Of a stretch of 64,000 nt of DNA, positions 1-9,726 are shown piece after piece (position 1 is the first letter of the stretch; every line of letters begins with the position of its first letter). The notes beneath the pieces were generated by a model, which saw only the letters and a list, made by a program, of their open reading frames with translations, was not told where the DNA came from and ran no database searches. A program made the position numbers and the translations under genes. Source of the stretch: an uncultured Acidobacteriota bacterium (GTDB taxonomy: Bacteria; Acidobacteriota; Thermoanaerobaculia; Multivoradales; UBA5704); the NCBI GenBank assembly GCA_963770895.1, contig CAVYRF010000001.1, positions 160,001 through 224,000 on the forward strand. Direction: 5' to 3'.

Positions 1-890
1 TGACCTTCCCGACCCCGATCGTCGCCTGCGCGCCGGCGCAGGTCAGCGTCTTCGTCACCGGCACCGGCGGCAAGCTGGACGCCTGGATGGACTTCGCGCA
101 GAGCGGCACCTTCAGCACCGCAGGCAACCAGATCTTCACCAGCCAGGCGGTCACTCCGGGCGTCAACCTGCTCACCTTCACCGTCCCCTGTTCGGCCAAG
201 GTCGGCACCAGCTACGCCCGCTTCCGCCTGTCGTCGGCGGGGGGCCTGGGACCCACCGGCACCGCCAACGACGGCGAGGTCGAGGACTACCTGATCACCC
301 TGGTCGAGCACCCGCTGATCGGCCTGGCCAAGGAGGTCCTGTCGGTCACCCCCGACCCCTCGGTCGCCGGTGATTCGCAGGTCACCTTCCTGTTCACCGT
401 GGAGAACATGGGCAACGTCGCGCTGTCCAACGTCAACGTCGTGGACAACCTGGTCGCCACCTTCGTCGCCCCGGCCAGCTTCACCGTGACCGGCATCAGC
501 AGCACGGCGCTGCCCGTCAACTCCGCCTTCAACGGCAACTCCAACACCTCGCTGCTGGCCGCGGGGGCCACCCTGGCCGTCGGCCAGACCGCCACCATCA
601 CAGTCACCGTCCACGCCCACTCCGGCGGCTTCTTCGGCCCCTACAGCAACACCGCCACCGCCAGCGGCGTGAGCCCGGCCGCGGCTACCGTCACCGACGT
701 CTCGCAAAACGGCACCAACCCCGACCCGGACGGCGACGGCAACCCCGGCAACAACAACCAGCCCACCATCTTCGACCTGCCCACCAGCATCGCCCAGATC
801 CCCACCCTCACCCCGTGGGGAGCCGCGATCCTGGTCCTGTTCCTGGCCCTGGCCGCCTGGCACCAGCTCCGCCGCCGCCGGCGGGCCTAG
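1..890 (+). CDS. Surface protein, 5'-truncated: GEVED domain + DUF11-like Ig domain + IPTL-CTERM sorting signal
   Basis: Frame open from the window edge; YARFRLSS...GEVEDY motif; C-terminal IPTLTPWG + hydrophobic segment + RRRRR tail. Confidence 0.85.
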   Translation, partial: TFPTPIVACAPAQVSVFVTGTGGKLDAWMDFAQSGTFSTAGNQIFTSQAVTPGVNLLTFTVPCSAKVGTSYARFRLSSAGGLGPTGTANDGEVEDYLITLVEHPLIGLAKEVLSVTPDPSVAGDSQVTFLFTVENMGNVALSNVNVVDNLVATFVAPASFTVTGISSTALPVNSAFNGNSNTSLLAAGATLAVGQTATITVTVHAHSGGFFGPYSNTATASGVSPAAATVTDVSQNGTNPDPDGDGNPGNNNQPTIFDLPTSIAQIPTLTPWGAAILVLFLALAAWHQLRRRRRA

Positions 891-997
891 CCCCGGCCTC
901 CCGCCTCTGGCATCGCCTCACCGGCGGGTGCGCGCAAGCGCACCCGCCGGCCGCCCCACCCCATTCACCCTCGGGGCTGGGGCGCCGTGGCAACCCC

Positions 998-1153
998 TCA
1001 GCAGTGGTGGATCCCGCAGGACGCGGTGCAGCAGGCGGTGGCGCCGCCGACGCTGGCCGGTTCCGTGTTGTAAGGACCGTCGGGACGACGCAGGTCGTCA
1101 AGGCCGCGCAGGGTTTCGCGGGACAGGTGCATCTTGGTGCGTGCTGCCTTCAT
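998..1153 (-). CDS. 51-aa putative RiPP (lanthipeptide-like) precursor peptide
   Basis: MKAARTKMHLSRETLRGLDD...SVGG-ATACCTASCGIHHC; AAAGGAGG RBS 5 nt before ATG 1153; leader motif shared with 40434..40592. Confidence 0.7.
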   Translation of the reverse strand: MKAARTKMHLSRETLRGLDDLRRPDGPYNTEPASVGGATACCTASCGIHHC

Positions 1154-1262
1154 GAGAGCCTCCTTTCGGGGCCGGCGGCATGCCAACCCCTACAGAAGCC
1201 AGTGCCGCCGGACCTCCAGGAGCGCTCCTGTCGGCCGGCCTGAGCGGAGTTGCTGCGGGGTG

Positions 1263-2276
1263 TCAGGTGGGGCGGGTGGCGCCTTGGGCTTGAATGTGGG
1301 CGGCTTGGATGGTGGTGTCGTTGAGGAGGTAGATGATGTTGCGGTCGGGGCCGCCGAAGGTGAAGTTGGCCAGGTTGTCGATGAGGATGGCGCCGATGAG
1401 GTTGCCCTGGGGGTTGTAGACCTTGAGGCCGTCGGCGGAGGAGGAGTAGACGCGGCCGGCGGCGTCGACCTTGAGGCCGTCGGGGATGCCGGGGGTGACG
1501 ACGGCGAAGAGGCGGCCGTGGGTGAGGTGGGTGCCGTCTTGGACGTCGAAGGCCAGGATGTGGTGGGGCAGGGTGGGGTGGTAGGAGCCGGGGCCTTGGA
1601 TGGCGGCGCTGTCGTTGATGTAGAGGATCGATTCGTCGGGTGAAAAGGCCAGGCCGTTGGGCTTGTTGAAGTTGTCGGCGACGACGGCCAAGCTGCCGGT
1701 GGCCGGGTCGAAGCGGTAGACGTAGTCGCCGACCAGCGGCTCGGGCTTGAAGGATTGCAGGAAGCCGTAGCTGGGGTCGGTGAACCAGATGCTGCTGTCG
1801 CTCTTGACCACGATGTCGTTGGGGGAGTTGAAGGGCAGGTGGAACCACTGCTCGACCAGGCTTTGATGCCTGCCGGTCGTGAGGTCCAGGCGGGCGATGG
1901 CGGCGGGGCTGGACTTGGTGCCCTGTTCGCAGACGATGAGGCGGCCTTCGCGGTCCAGGGTCATGCCGTTGGCCATGTTGGAGGGCTGGCGCACGACGGT
2001 GATCGCGGGCGGGTCCGTTGTCAGGTCCAGCCGGCTGATGGCCACGGTCTTGTAGCCCGGCGCGGGGACGTTGACGTTTTGCGGCACGGTGGTGAAGTAG
2101 AGCGCTTCCGGGTCGCACACATAGACCGGCCCTTCGTGGGCGTCGGTCGCCACCACCAGGTCCAGTCTTGGATGCGCACCCAGGACGTCCAGGAACTCGT
2201 CGGCATAGACGATGAAGGGGCAGTGCGGGTCGTGCGGGTGGAGCGGCCTGCCTTGCGGGTAGCTCTTCGCGTTCAT
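1263..2276 (-). CDS. SMP-30/gluconolactonase/LRE family protein
   Basis: HEGP, ANGMTLD, FNSPNDIVV, WFTDPSYG, PNGLAFSPDE, PDGLKVD motifs; start 2276 chosen (ORF is open to 2336). Confidence 0.9.
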   Translation of the reverse strand: MNAKSYPQGRPLHPHDPHCPFIVYADEFLDVLGAHPRLDLVVATDAHEGPVYVCDPEALYFTTVPQNVNVPAPGYKTVAISRLDLTTDPPAITVVRQPSNMANGMTLDREGRLIVCEQGTKSSPAAIARLDLTTGRHQSLVEQWFHLPFNSPNDIVVKSDSSIWFTDPSYGFLQSFKPEPLVGDYVYRFDPATGSLAVVADNFNKPNGLAFSPDESILYINDSAAIQGPGSYHPTLPHHILAFDVQDGTHLTHGRLFAVVTPGIPDGLKVDAAGRVYSSSADGLKVYNPQGNLIGAILIDNLANFTFGGPDRNIIYLLNDTTIQAAHIQAQGATRPT

Positions 2277-2379
2277 GGCGTTGCGATAATAGCGGATTAC
2301 GCCTCCACGGGCATCTGTTTCAGCATCCGCGTGCAATCCATTTCTTTGCCGGCCGGCGCTCCCTGGGGCCCGGCCGCCA

Positions 2380-5300
2380 TCAGACGCGCAGGCGATCGTT
2401 GGGGCGGGCGACCAGGGCGTAAAGGGCGGGCATCAGGAAGACGCTGATCAGCAGGCGGGAGAAGAGGCCGCCGACGATGACCTGGGCGAAGGGGCGCTGG
2501 GTGTCGGAGCCGACGGTGGTGGAGAGCGCCGCCGGCAGCAGGCCCAGGGCGGCGACCAGGGCGGTCATCATGATCGGGCGCAGGCGCAGGACGGCGGCTT
2601 CGCGGGTGGCGTCGGCGATGCCGCGGCCGTCCCTGCGCAGCTGGTTGGCGTAGGAGATGTAGATGACCGCGGTCTGCACCGAGACGCCGAAGAGGGCCAG
2701 GAAGCCGATGGCGGAGGAGACCGAAAACGGGGTGCCGGACAGGTAGAGGGCGAGCAGGCCGCCGACCGGATCGGAGATGAGGACGGCGAGCACGGTGATC
2801 AGCGGGAACTTGAGGTTGTCGTACAGCATGAAGAGCAGCAGGAAGATGAGCATCAGCGTGAGCGGCAGGATGAAGCTCAGCTGCTTGCGCGAGGCGGTGT
2901 ACTCTTCGTATTCGCCGCCCCACACCATGCGGTAGCCGGCGGGGAGCTTGACCGCCGCGTCGACCTGGCGCTGGGCGTCTTCGACGGCGCCGGCCAGGTC
3001 CCGCCCCTCGACCGAATATTGCACGCCGATGTAGCGCGAGTTGTTTTCGCGGTAGATGAACGAGGCGCCCTTGACCTCGCGCACGTCGGCGACCTCCTTG
3101 AGCGGAACCTGCTGGCCGTTCGGCGTGGCGATCAGGATGTTGCCGATGGCTTCGGGGGTCTGGCGGAACTGCGGTTCCAGGCGCACCACCAGGTCGAACA
3201 GCTTTTCGCCCTGCACCACCTGGGTGGCGGCGGCGCCGCCCACCGCCGCCTGGACCAGGCCGTTGACGTCGGCGACGTTGAGGCCGTAGCGGGCGATCTT
3301 GGCGCGGTCGGCGGTGACGGTGAGGGAGGGCTGGCCCAGCTGCTTGACGACGGTCAGCTCGGTGATGCCGCGCACGTGTCCCAGGACCTTCTTGACCGAG
3401 GTGGCCAACTCTTCGAGCGTCTTCAAGTCGGTGCCGAAGATCTTCACCGCGAGCGAGCTCTTGAGGCCGGTTTCGGCTTCGTCCACCGCGTCTTCGGCCG
3501 GTTGGGTGTAGTTGAAGACGATGCCGGGGAAGGCCTTCAGCTTGTCGTTGATGGCGTCGACCAGGGCCGCCTTGTTGCGGTACTTGCCGTGCCATTCGGA
3601 ATACGGCTTGAGGCCGACGAAGAACTCGTTGTTGAAAAAGCCGGTGGGGTCGGTGCCGTCGTCGGGCCGGCCCAGCTCGTTGGCGACGGTGGTGACCTCG
3701 GGGAAGGTGCGCAGGACGTTGCGCACCTGCGGCGAGATCTTGGCCGCCTCTTCGAACGAGATGGTGTAGGGGGTGGTGGCGCGGATCCACAGGGCGCCTT
3801 CGTCCAGGTGCGGCATGAACTCGGCGCCGATGCCCGGCACCATCAGCAGCGAGGCGGCAAGGATCAGCACCGACACCAGGCAGGTCAGCCAGGGGAAGGC
3901 CAGGCAGACGTCGAGCGCCCGCGCGTAGCCGCCGCGGATCCATTCGAAGACCACGTTGCGGTGCTCGCGCACGCCGCGCGACAGCGCCCAGCCGCACAGC
4001 AGCGGCACCAGCGTCAGGGTGAGGATGAACGAGCCGATGAGGGCGAAGATGGTGGTGTCGGCCATCGGCTTGAACAGCAGGCCGGCCGGCCCCGCCAGGG
4101 CGTAGATCGGCAGGAAGCCGGCGATGATCACCGCCACCGCGTAGAAGATCGGCCGGTCCACCTCGGACGCCGCGCGCACCACCAGGTCGCGCACCGAATC
4201 GCCGTCGCGGCGCTGCGACAGGTGGCGGAAGATGTTTTCCACCATCACCACGGCGCCGTCGACCAGGATGCCGAAGTCGATGGCGCCGATCGACAGCAGG
4301 TTGGCCGGCACGTGCTTGAGGTCCAGGCAGATGAAGGCGAACAGCAGCGCCAGCGGGATGGTGGCGGCGACGATGAGGCCGGTGCGCACGTTGAACAGGA
4401 AGAAGATCAGGACGATCAGCACCAGCACCATGCCGCGCAGCAGGTTGTCTTCGACGGTGCGGATGGTCAGCGCGATCAGCTCGCGGCGGTCGTAGTACGG
4501 GTGGACCTTGACGTCCGGCGGCAGGATCGCCGCGTTGAGCTCGCGGGTCTTCTTTTCCAGCCGGTCGAGCACCACCTGCGCCTGCTCGCCGGTGCGCATC
4601 AGGATGACGCCTTCGACCGCCTCGTCGCGGTCGTTGTAGCCGAACTGCCCCAGCCGCGGCGCTTCGCCGATGACCACCTGGCCGACGTCCTTGACCAGCA
4701 CCGGGATGCCGTTGTTGACCGCCAGCACGACGTTGCCGATGTCCTCGGGGGTGGCGATGCGGCCCAGGCCGCGCACGTAGTAGAACTGGCTGCCCTGGGT
4801 GTAGAAGCCGCCGCCGGCGTTGCTGTTGTTGGCGCCCAGCTGGGAGATGATCTGCGGCACCGACAGCCCGGCGCCGGCGATCTTGGTGGGGTCGAGCAGC
4901 ACCTGGTACTGCATGCGTGGGGCCGCCCAGGCCCGAGTCGTCGGCGACGCCGGCGACCGATTTGTACTGCCGCTCGACGACCCAGTCTTCGATCGTCTTG
5001 AGCTCCATGGGAGTGCGATCGGGGCTGTCCAGGACGTAGCGATAGATCAGGCCGGACGGCGGCGACAGCGGCGCCAGGTTGGGGGCGACGCCGGACGGCA
5101 GGGTGACGTCGGCCAGGCGCTCGAAGACCTGCTCGCGCGCGAAGTAGTTGTCGGTGCCGTTGTCGAAGCTCATGATCACGTCCGACAGGCCGTACAGCGA
5201 GATCGAGCGGACGACGGTCAGGTTGGGGATGCCGTTCATCTCGATCTCGATCGGCACGGTGATCAGCCGCTCGACCTCTTCGGGAGCCTGGCCCTGCCAC

Positions 5301-5527
5301 TGCGTGATCACCTCGACCATCGGTGGCGAGATGTCGGGGTAGGCGTCCACCGGCAGGCGGCGGAACGAATAGATCCCGGCGCCCAGCAGCAGCACCGAAA
5401 ACAGCAGCGTCAGGAAGCGCTGGCGCACCGCCGTCGCGACGACGCGGTGGATCAGCGACGTGGTCCGCTGCTGCGGCGGGAGCGGCGGCGGCGGCGGCGA
5501 TTCCGGCAGCGGGGGATGTTCGCTCAC
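2380..5527 (-). pseudogene. czcA: CusA/CzcA heavy-metal efflux RND permease, frameshifted near 4915 (pseudogene or sequencing error)
   Basis: N-half (LPVDAYPDIS, PEEVERLIT...DDSGLGGPT) and C-half (MQYQVLLDP, DFGILVDGAVVMVEN, RLRPIMMTA) lie in different frames, joined by ACG-C-ATG; GTG start overlaps the MFP stop. Confidence 0.9.
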
Positions 5528-6723
5528 AGCGTCTCCGCGGTCTGCAGGAAGAGGCCGCCTTCGATCACCACCGATTCGCCGGCGCGCAGGCCGGAGCGGA
5601 TCTCCTGGCGGTCGCCGCTGCGCGCGCCGATCTCCACCCGGCGCCGGCCGTAGGTGCCGTCGGCGTTGGCGACGAACACGAACGGCAGGTTTTCGTCGTC
5701 GCGCAGCACCGCGGAGACCGGCACCAGCAGGCTGCGCACCGGGCGGCGCGAATGGATCGTCACCTGCACGTACAGGTCGCGCTTGAGCACCTCGCCGGGG
5801 TTGGCGACGTCGAGCCGCACCGCCACGGCGCGGGTGTTGGGGTCCACCAGGGCGGCGATGTAGGTGACGGCGCCCGGCAGCGGCGGCCGGTCGCCGGCGA
5901 TCCGCACTTCCGCCGGGTCGCCCAGCGCCACGTCCGGCAGGTCGGTTTCGAAGATGTTGGCCAGCACCCACACCCGCGACATGTCGGCGATGGTGAAGGT
6001 CGGCGTGGTGCCGCCCGCCAGCAGCTGGCCCGGCGTGATCAGCCGTTCGACCACCGTGCCGGCGATCGGCGAGCGCAGCGAGGCGCCCGGATTCTGGGTG
6101 GGGCGGTTGTCGCGGATCGCCGTGATGGTGGCGGCGTCGACGCCCAGCGACTTGAGCTGTTCGAGCGCCGCGTCGCGGTCGGATTCGGCGCCCACCGCGT
6201 CGCTCTGCGCCTGCTCCAGGTCGCGGCGGGCGATGGCGTCGTTCTTCCACAGCTGCTCGTCGACGTCGGCGATGCGGCGCGCGTTGCGCGCGGCGGCTTC
6301 GGTCTTGCGCAGGGCGCTGACGTCCGCGGCGTAGTCGGGCGACGCCACGGTGGCGAGCGGCTGGTCGCGCCGCACGTGGTCGCCCAGGGCGACCAGCAGG
6401 CGCGTCACCGGCCCCGAGATCGGCGCCAGCACCTGGGTCGAGCGGTTCTGGTCGAAGGCGACGGTGCCGGTCGCCTCGATGGTGCGCGCGAACGAGGCGA
6501 CGGCGGCGGGCTCGGTGTGGATGGTCGCCGCCTGCGCCGGGGTCAGGCGCAGCTCGCCGGCGCGCGGCCCGGAGGGTGCCGGCTCGCCGGGGGCGGTGCC
6601 GCCGCCGCGGCCGCAGGCGGCGAGCAGGGCGAGCAGCAGGCAGGCGGCAAGCGCCGGGGCGGCGCGGACTACGGCGGCGGCGGCGGTAGGCCGCCAGGCC
6701 GGCGGACTGCCAGGTCGCTTCAT
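5524..6723 (-). CDS. Efflux RND periplasmic adaptor (CzcB-like), lipoprotein
   Basis: LLAAC lipobox; LRSPIAGTVVER, VDPNTR, GLRAGESVV motifs; lies between the TolC and RND genes. Confidence 0.92.
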   Translation of the reverse strand: MKRPGSPPAWRPTAAAAVVRAAPALAACLLLALLAACGRGGGTAPGEPAPSGPRAGELRLTPAQAATIHTEPAAVASFARTIEATGTVAFDQNRSTQVLAPISGPVTRLLVALGDHVRRDQPLATVASPDYAADVSALRKTEAAARNARRIADVDEQLWKNDAIARRDLEQAQSDAVGAESDRDAALEQLKSLGVDAATITAIRDNRPTQNPGASLRSPIAGTVVERLITPGQLLAGGTTPTFTIADMSRVWVLANIFETDLPDVALGDPAEVRIAGDRPPLPGAVTYIAALVDPNTRAVAVRLDVANPGEVLKRDLYVQVTIHSRRPVRSLLVPVSAVLRDDENLPFVFVANADGTYGRRRVEIGARSGDRQEIRSGLRAGESVVIEGGLFLQTAETL

Positions 6724-8408
6724 GAATGGCCTCCGGGAGTTGCCTGGGGGAGCGGGAGCGGTGCGCCCACCGCCTGTTCCAAGGCGGCCTGGGCGTCGTT
6801 GGCGGAGCCCAGCGCGTCGACGTACTGGCGTTCGGCGTCGACCAGGGTGCGCTTGGCGTCAAGGAAGTCGAGCGCCGAGGTGGCGCCCAGGCTGTAGCTG
6901 ACCGAGGCGACGCGGTACACCTCGCGCGCTTCGGGCAGCAGCTCGTCGCGGATGAACACCACCTGCCGCATCGCGGTCGAAGCCGTGGCGTAGTTGCTGC
7001 GCACGTCCAGGCTGACCTGCACTCGCTCGTCGCTCAAGTCGGCCGCCAGCTCCGATTCGCGGTGCTCGGCGTTGGCGACCTCGCCCTTCTGGTGCTGCCA
7101 GAAGAAGATCGGAAAGCCGATCAGCAGCGTCGAGGTCCAGGTCGTCGGGCCGCCCTGCAAGGTGTTGCGCGCCAGGGTGACGTTGAAGTCCGGCGCCCAG
7201 AACTCGCGCGCCAGCCGGGTGGCGCTGCGGGCGCCGCGCTGCTGCGCCACCAGGCTCTGCAGCTCGGGCCGCGACTGCGCGGCCAGGCGCTCCAGCGTCT
7301 CGATGTCGGGCAGCGTCCCCGGCACGTCCAGCGCCTGGGTGAGCACCAGGGGGGCGCCGCCCATGCGGCCCATGATGCGGTTGAGCGTGGCGCGGGCGCT
7401 GTCGATCGTGCGCTCGTTGGCGATCAGGTCGTTGTCGGCCTGCGCCACGTCCACCTTGGCCTTGATGACGTCGACCTTGGCCACGGTGCCGCCGGCGAAG
7501 CGGGTTTCGGTCTTGGCCAGGAAGTCGGCCGAGAACTGCTTGCTCTCCTGCAGGTCGACGCGGTGGCGTTCGGCGACCAGCAGCGCGTCGTAGTCCTGCG
7601 CCGTCTGCGACTCCACCTGCTCGCGGTTCTGGATGAGGGTGAACTCCGCGGCGTGCAGCGTCGCTTCGGCCACTTCGCGGCGCAACCCGCGCTTGCCGGG
7701 GAAGGGGACGGTGAAGCCCAGGTACTGGTCGGTGATGTTGCCCGAGCCGACGTCGAGCGGGTGGTGCTCGCCCATGGTGTCGGCGCTGATCGTGGGATCG
7801 GCGAACGCGGCGGCGGTGACCGCCTGGGCCCGCGCCTCTTCCACCTGCTCGCGGGCGGCGACGATGCCGGCGTTGTGGGCCAGCGCATAGTCGATCGCCT
7901 CGCGGCGCGTCACCCGCAGCGCGTCCGGCCCCACCGCGGCAGCGCCTTCGACGCCCGTCGCCTGCGTCGCGATCGGCGGCGGCGGCACCGCACCGCCCGA
8001 GGCGGGCGCCCCTGGCTGTCCCATCGCCGGCGAGCCGCCGGGCGCTGCGGCCGGCGGCGTCTGTCCGGTGGTGGTGGCCGGCTGCCCCGCGGTCGTCGTC
8101 GGCTGGCTGGTGGTCGTCGCCGGCTGGCCCGTGCCTGTCGTGGCGGACGGCTGGCCCGGCTGGCCTGGCTGGGCGGCCTGGGATTGCGCGGTCGCCGACT
8201 GCGCCGCCGATTGCGCGGCGTCCGACTGTGCCGCCGCCTGCCCGGCCTGGGACTGCGCCGCTGATTCGGCACCCTGCGAAGAGTGCGCCGCGGGCGGCGC
8301 CGGGGCGGGGGCCGGGGCGGAAGGCGGCGGAGCCAGCCCCCAGCCGGGCAGCGCCCAGAGCGATGCGCCCAAGACGGCGCCGATGGTGCGACCTCGGAAT
8401 CCGATCAC
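6720..8408 (-). CDS. TolC-family outer membrane factor (CzcC-like) with long Q/A/T/P-rich N-terminal linker
   Basis: GGAGG RBS before GTG 8408; AIDYALAHN, YSLGATSALDFLDAKR OEP repeats; stop overlaps the MFP start. Confidence 0.88.
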   Translation of the reverse strand: MIGFRGRTIGAVLGASLWALPGWGLAPPPSAPAPAPAPPAAHSSQGAESAAQSQAGQAAAQSDAAQSAAQSATAQSQAAQPGQPGQPSATTGTGQPATTTSQPTTTAGQPATTTGQTPPAAAPGGSPAMGQPGAPASGGAVPPPPIATQATGVEGAAAVGPDALRVTRREAIDYALAHNAGIVAAREQVEEARAQAVTAAAFADPTISADTMGEHHPLDVGSGNITDQYLGFTVPFPGKRGLRREVAEATLHAAEFTLIQNREQVESQTAQDYDALLVAERHRVDLQESKQFSADFLAKTETRFAGGTVAKVDVIKAKVDVAQADNDLIANERTIDSARATLNRIMGRMGGAPLVLTQALDVPGTLPDIETLERLAAQSRPELQSLVAQQRGARSATRLAREFWAPDFNVTLARNTLQGGPTTWTSTLLIGFPIFFWQHQKGEVANAEHRESELAADLSDERVQVSLDVRSNYATASTAMRQVVFIRDELLPEAREVYRVASVSYSLGATSALDFLDAKRTLVDAERQYVDALGSANDAQAALEQAVGAPLPLPQATPGGHS

Positions 8409-8479
8409 AGAGCCCTCCTGGGAGCTCTTCAGGTACAGCCGACGACGATGCGGAAAAAGCGGCGGTACGGCGGGGAAGG

Positions 8480-8854
8480 CTAGGCGAGGGGCGGCGCGCG
8501 GCCGCAAGCGCCGGCCTGCCGCGACGCCAGGCAGGGCGCCGGCGGCGCGACGAACGGCGGCGCCTGGCGCGGCAGAGGCGCCGCAACCGGCTGCGTCCGT
8601 GATGCCACCAGGACCAGGCCCAGCAGGCGGCAGGCAGGGCAGTCTTCGGCCGGTGGCGCGATCTGCCGGCCGCCGAGCCGCGCCGGCCCCGCGGCGGGCG
8701 CCGCGGCGACGCGCGTGTCGCCGGCGGCTGCCGGGGTGGTGGCCAGCGCCGCCGAATGCCGGACGCATTCGTGCAGACTGGGCAGGAAGCCGAAGATTTC
8801 GGCCGCCGCCACGATCAGGCAGAGCAGATAGGCGGCCAAGCGACGTACACGCAT
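8480..8854 (-). CDS. DUF2946/CzcI-like leader protein with CxxC and C-terminal RAPP arrest motif
   Basis: 124 aa: hydrophobic N-terminus (LAAYLLCLIVAAAEIFGFL), HEC, DCPACR, Pro-rich stretch, ends GRAPPLA*; 71 nt upstream of tolC. Confidence 0.75.
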   Translation of the reverse strand: MRVRRLAAYLLCLIVAAAEIFGFLPSLHECVRHSAALATTPAAAGDTRVAAAPAAGPARLGGRQIAPPAEDCPACRLLGLVLVASRTQPVAAPLPRQAPPFVAPPAPCLASRQAGACGRAPPLA

Positions 8855-9040
8855 CGCCAATAGGTTAGCACGACAGGCACTCCAGCGCGCGGCGGCGCCA
8901 GTGGTTGTAAGCCCCGAGCGCGCGGCGGTGGTCCTTGGTGGCGGGCTCACGCCGCCGCCCTGTAATAGAGTGGACGTCCATCGAGGTGCCAGCCGCGGAG
9001 TTCGAGGGGGCGTGGTCCGGCGCTTGCCCTGTGGACGGAG

Positions 9041-9685
9041 GTGAGGGTGATCATCCGGGAGTACCGGCCGGCGGATTTTGAGCGGCTCCTGGCGATCGAT
9101 CATGCGGCGTTCGTGCCGGCGCTGGCGTATTCGCGCTCCGAGCTGCGCTATTACGTGCTGGCGCGGCGCGGCAAGACGCTGGTGGCCGAGGCTGCCGCCG
9201 GGGACCGGCGGCACGATGACGGCGCCGGCGGCACTGGTAGCGATGGCGCCGGTGGCGCCGGCGGTGGCGGTAGCGCTGACGCCGGTGGTGACGGCGAGGT
9301 GGTCGGGTTTGTCATCGCGCGCTGCGCTCAGCGCGGCTGGGGGACGGTGGTGACGCTCGACGTGGCGCCGGCCTGGCAGCGACGCGGGATCGGCGGCCGG
9401 CTGATGGCCGCGATCGAAGCGTGGCTGGCGGCGCAGGGGGTGCGGGTGGTGTCGCTGGAGACGCCGGCGGACGAAAGCGGCGCCAGCCAATTCTACGAGC
9501 GGCACGGCTACCAGCTGGGAACCCTGCTGCGCGGCTACTACCACGGCCGCGTCGACGCCTTCGCGATGTTCAAGCGCCTGCCGCCGCCGCCGCCGGCTGC
9601 CGCCGGCCGGGATGACGCGGCCGGGTCGGACGGCCCGGACGCCCAGCCCGGCCCGCACGGTCCGCAAAGCGGCAGCGACCACTAG
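9041..9685 (+). CDS. GNAT N-acetyltransferase (RimI-like)
   Basis: GGAG RBS; VTLDVAPAWQRRGIG acetyl-CoA motif, FYERHGY, GYY; Gly/Asp-rich insert. Confidence 0.85.
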   Translation: MRVIIREYRPADFERLLAIDHAAFVPALAYSRSELRYYVLARRGKTLVAEAAAGDRRHDDGAGGTGSDGAGGAGGGGSADAGGDGEVVGFVIARCAQRGWGTVVTLDVAPAWQRRGIGGRLMAAIEAWLAAQGVRVVSLETPADESGASQFYERHGYQLGTLLRGYYHGRVDAFAMFKRLPPPPPAAAGRDDAAGSDGPDAQPGPHGPQSGSDH

Positions 9686-9726
9686 TGGCCTGCGGGTAGT
9701 GGCCGGGCCGGCTGGTCGGGGGCGGT

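Noticed and set aside
2297-6862. 1521-aa ORF on the - strand
   Set aside because: Artefact of the czcA frameshift: only the VSEHPP...GGPT part is real and the rest is off-frame Arg/Pro-rich text
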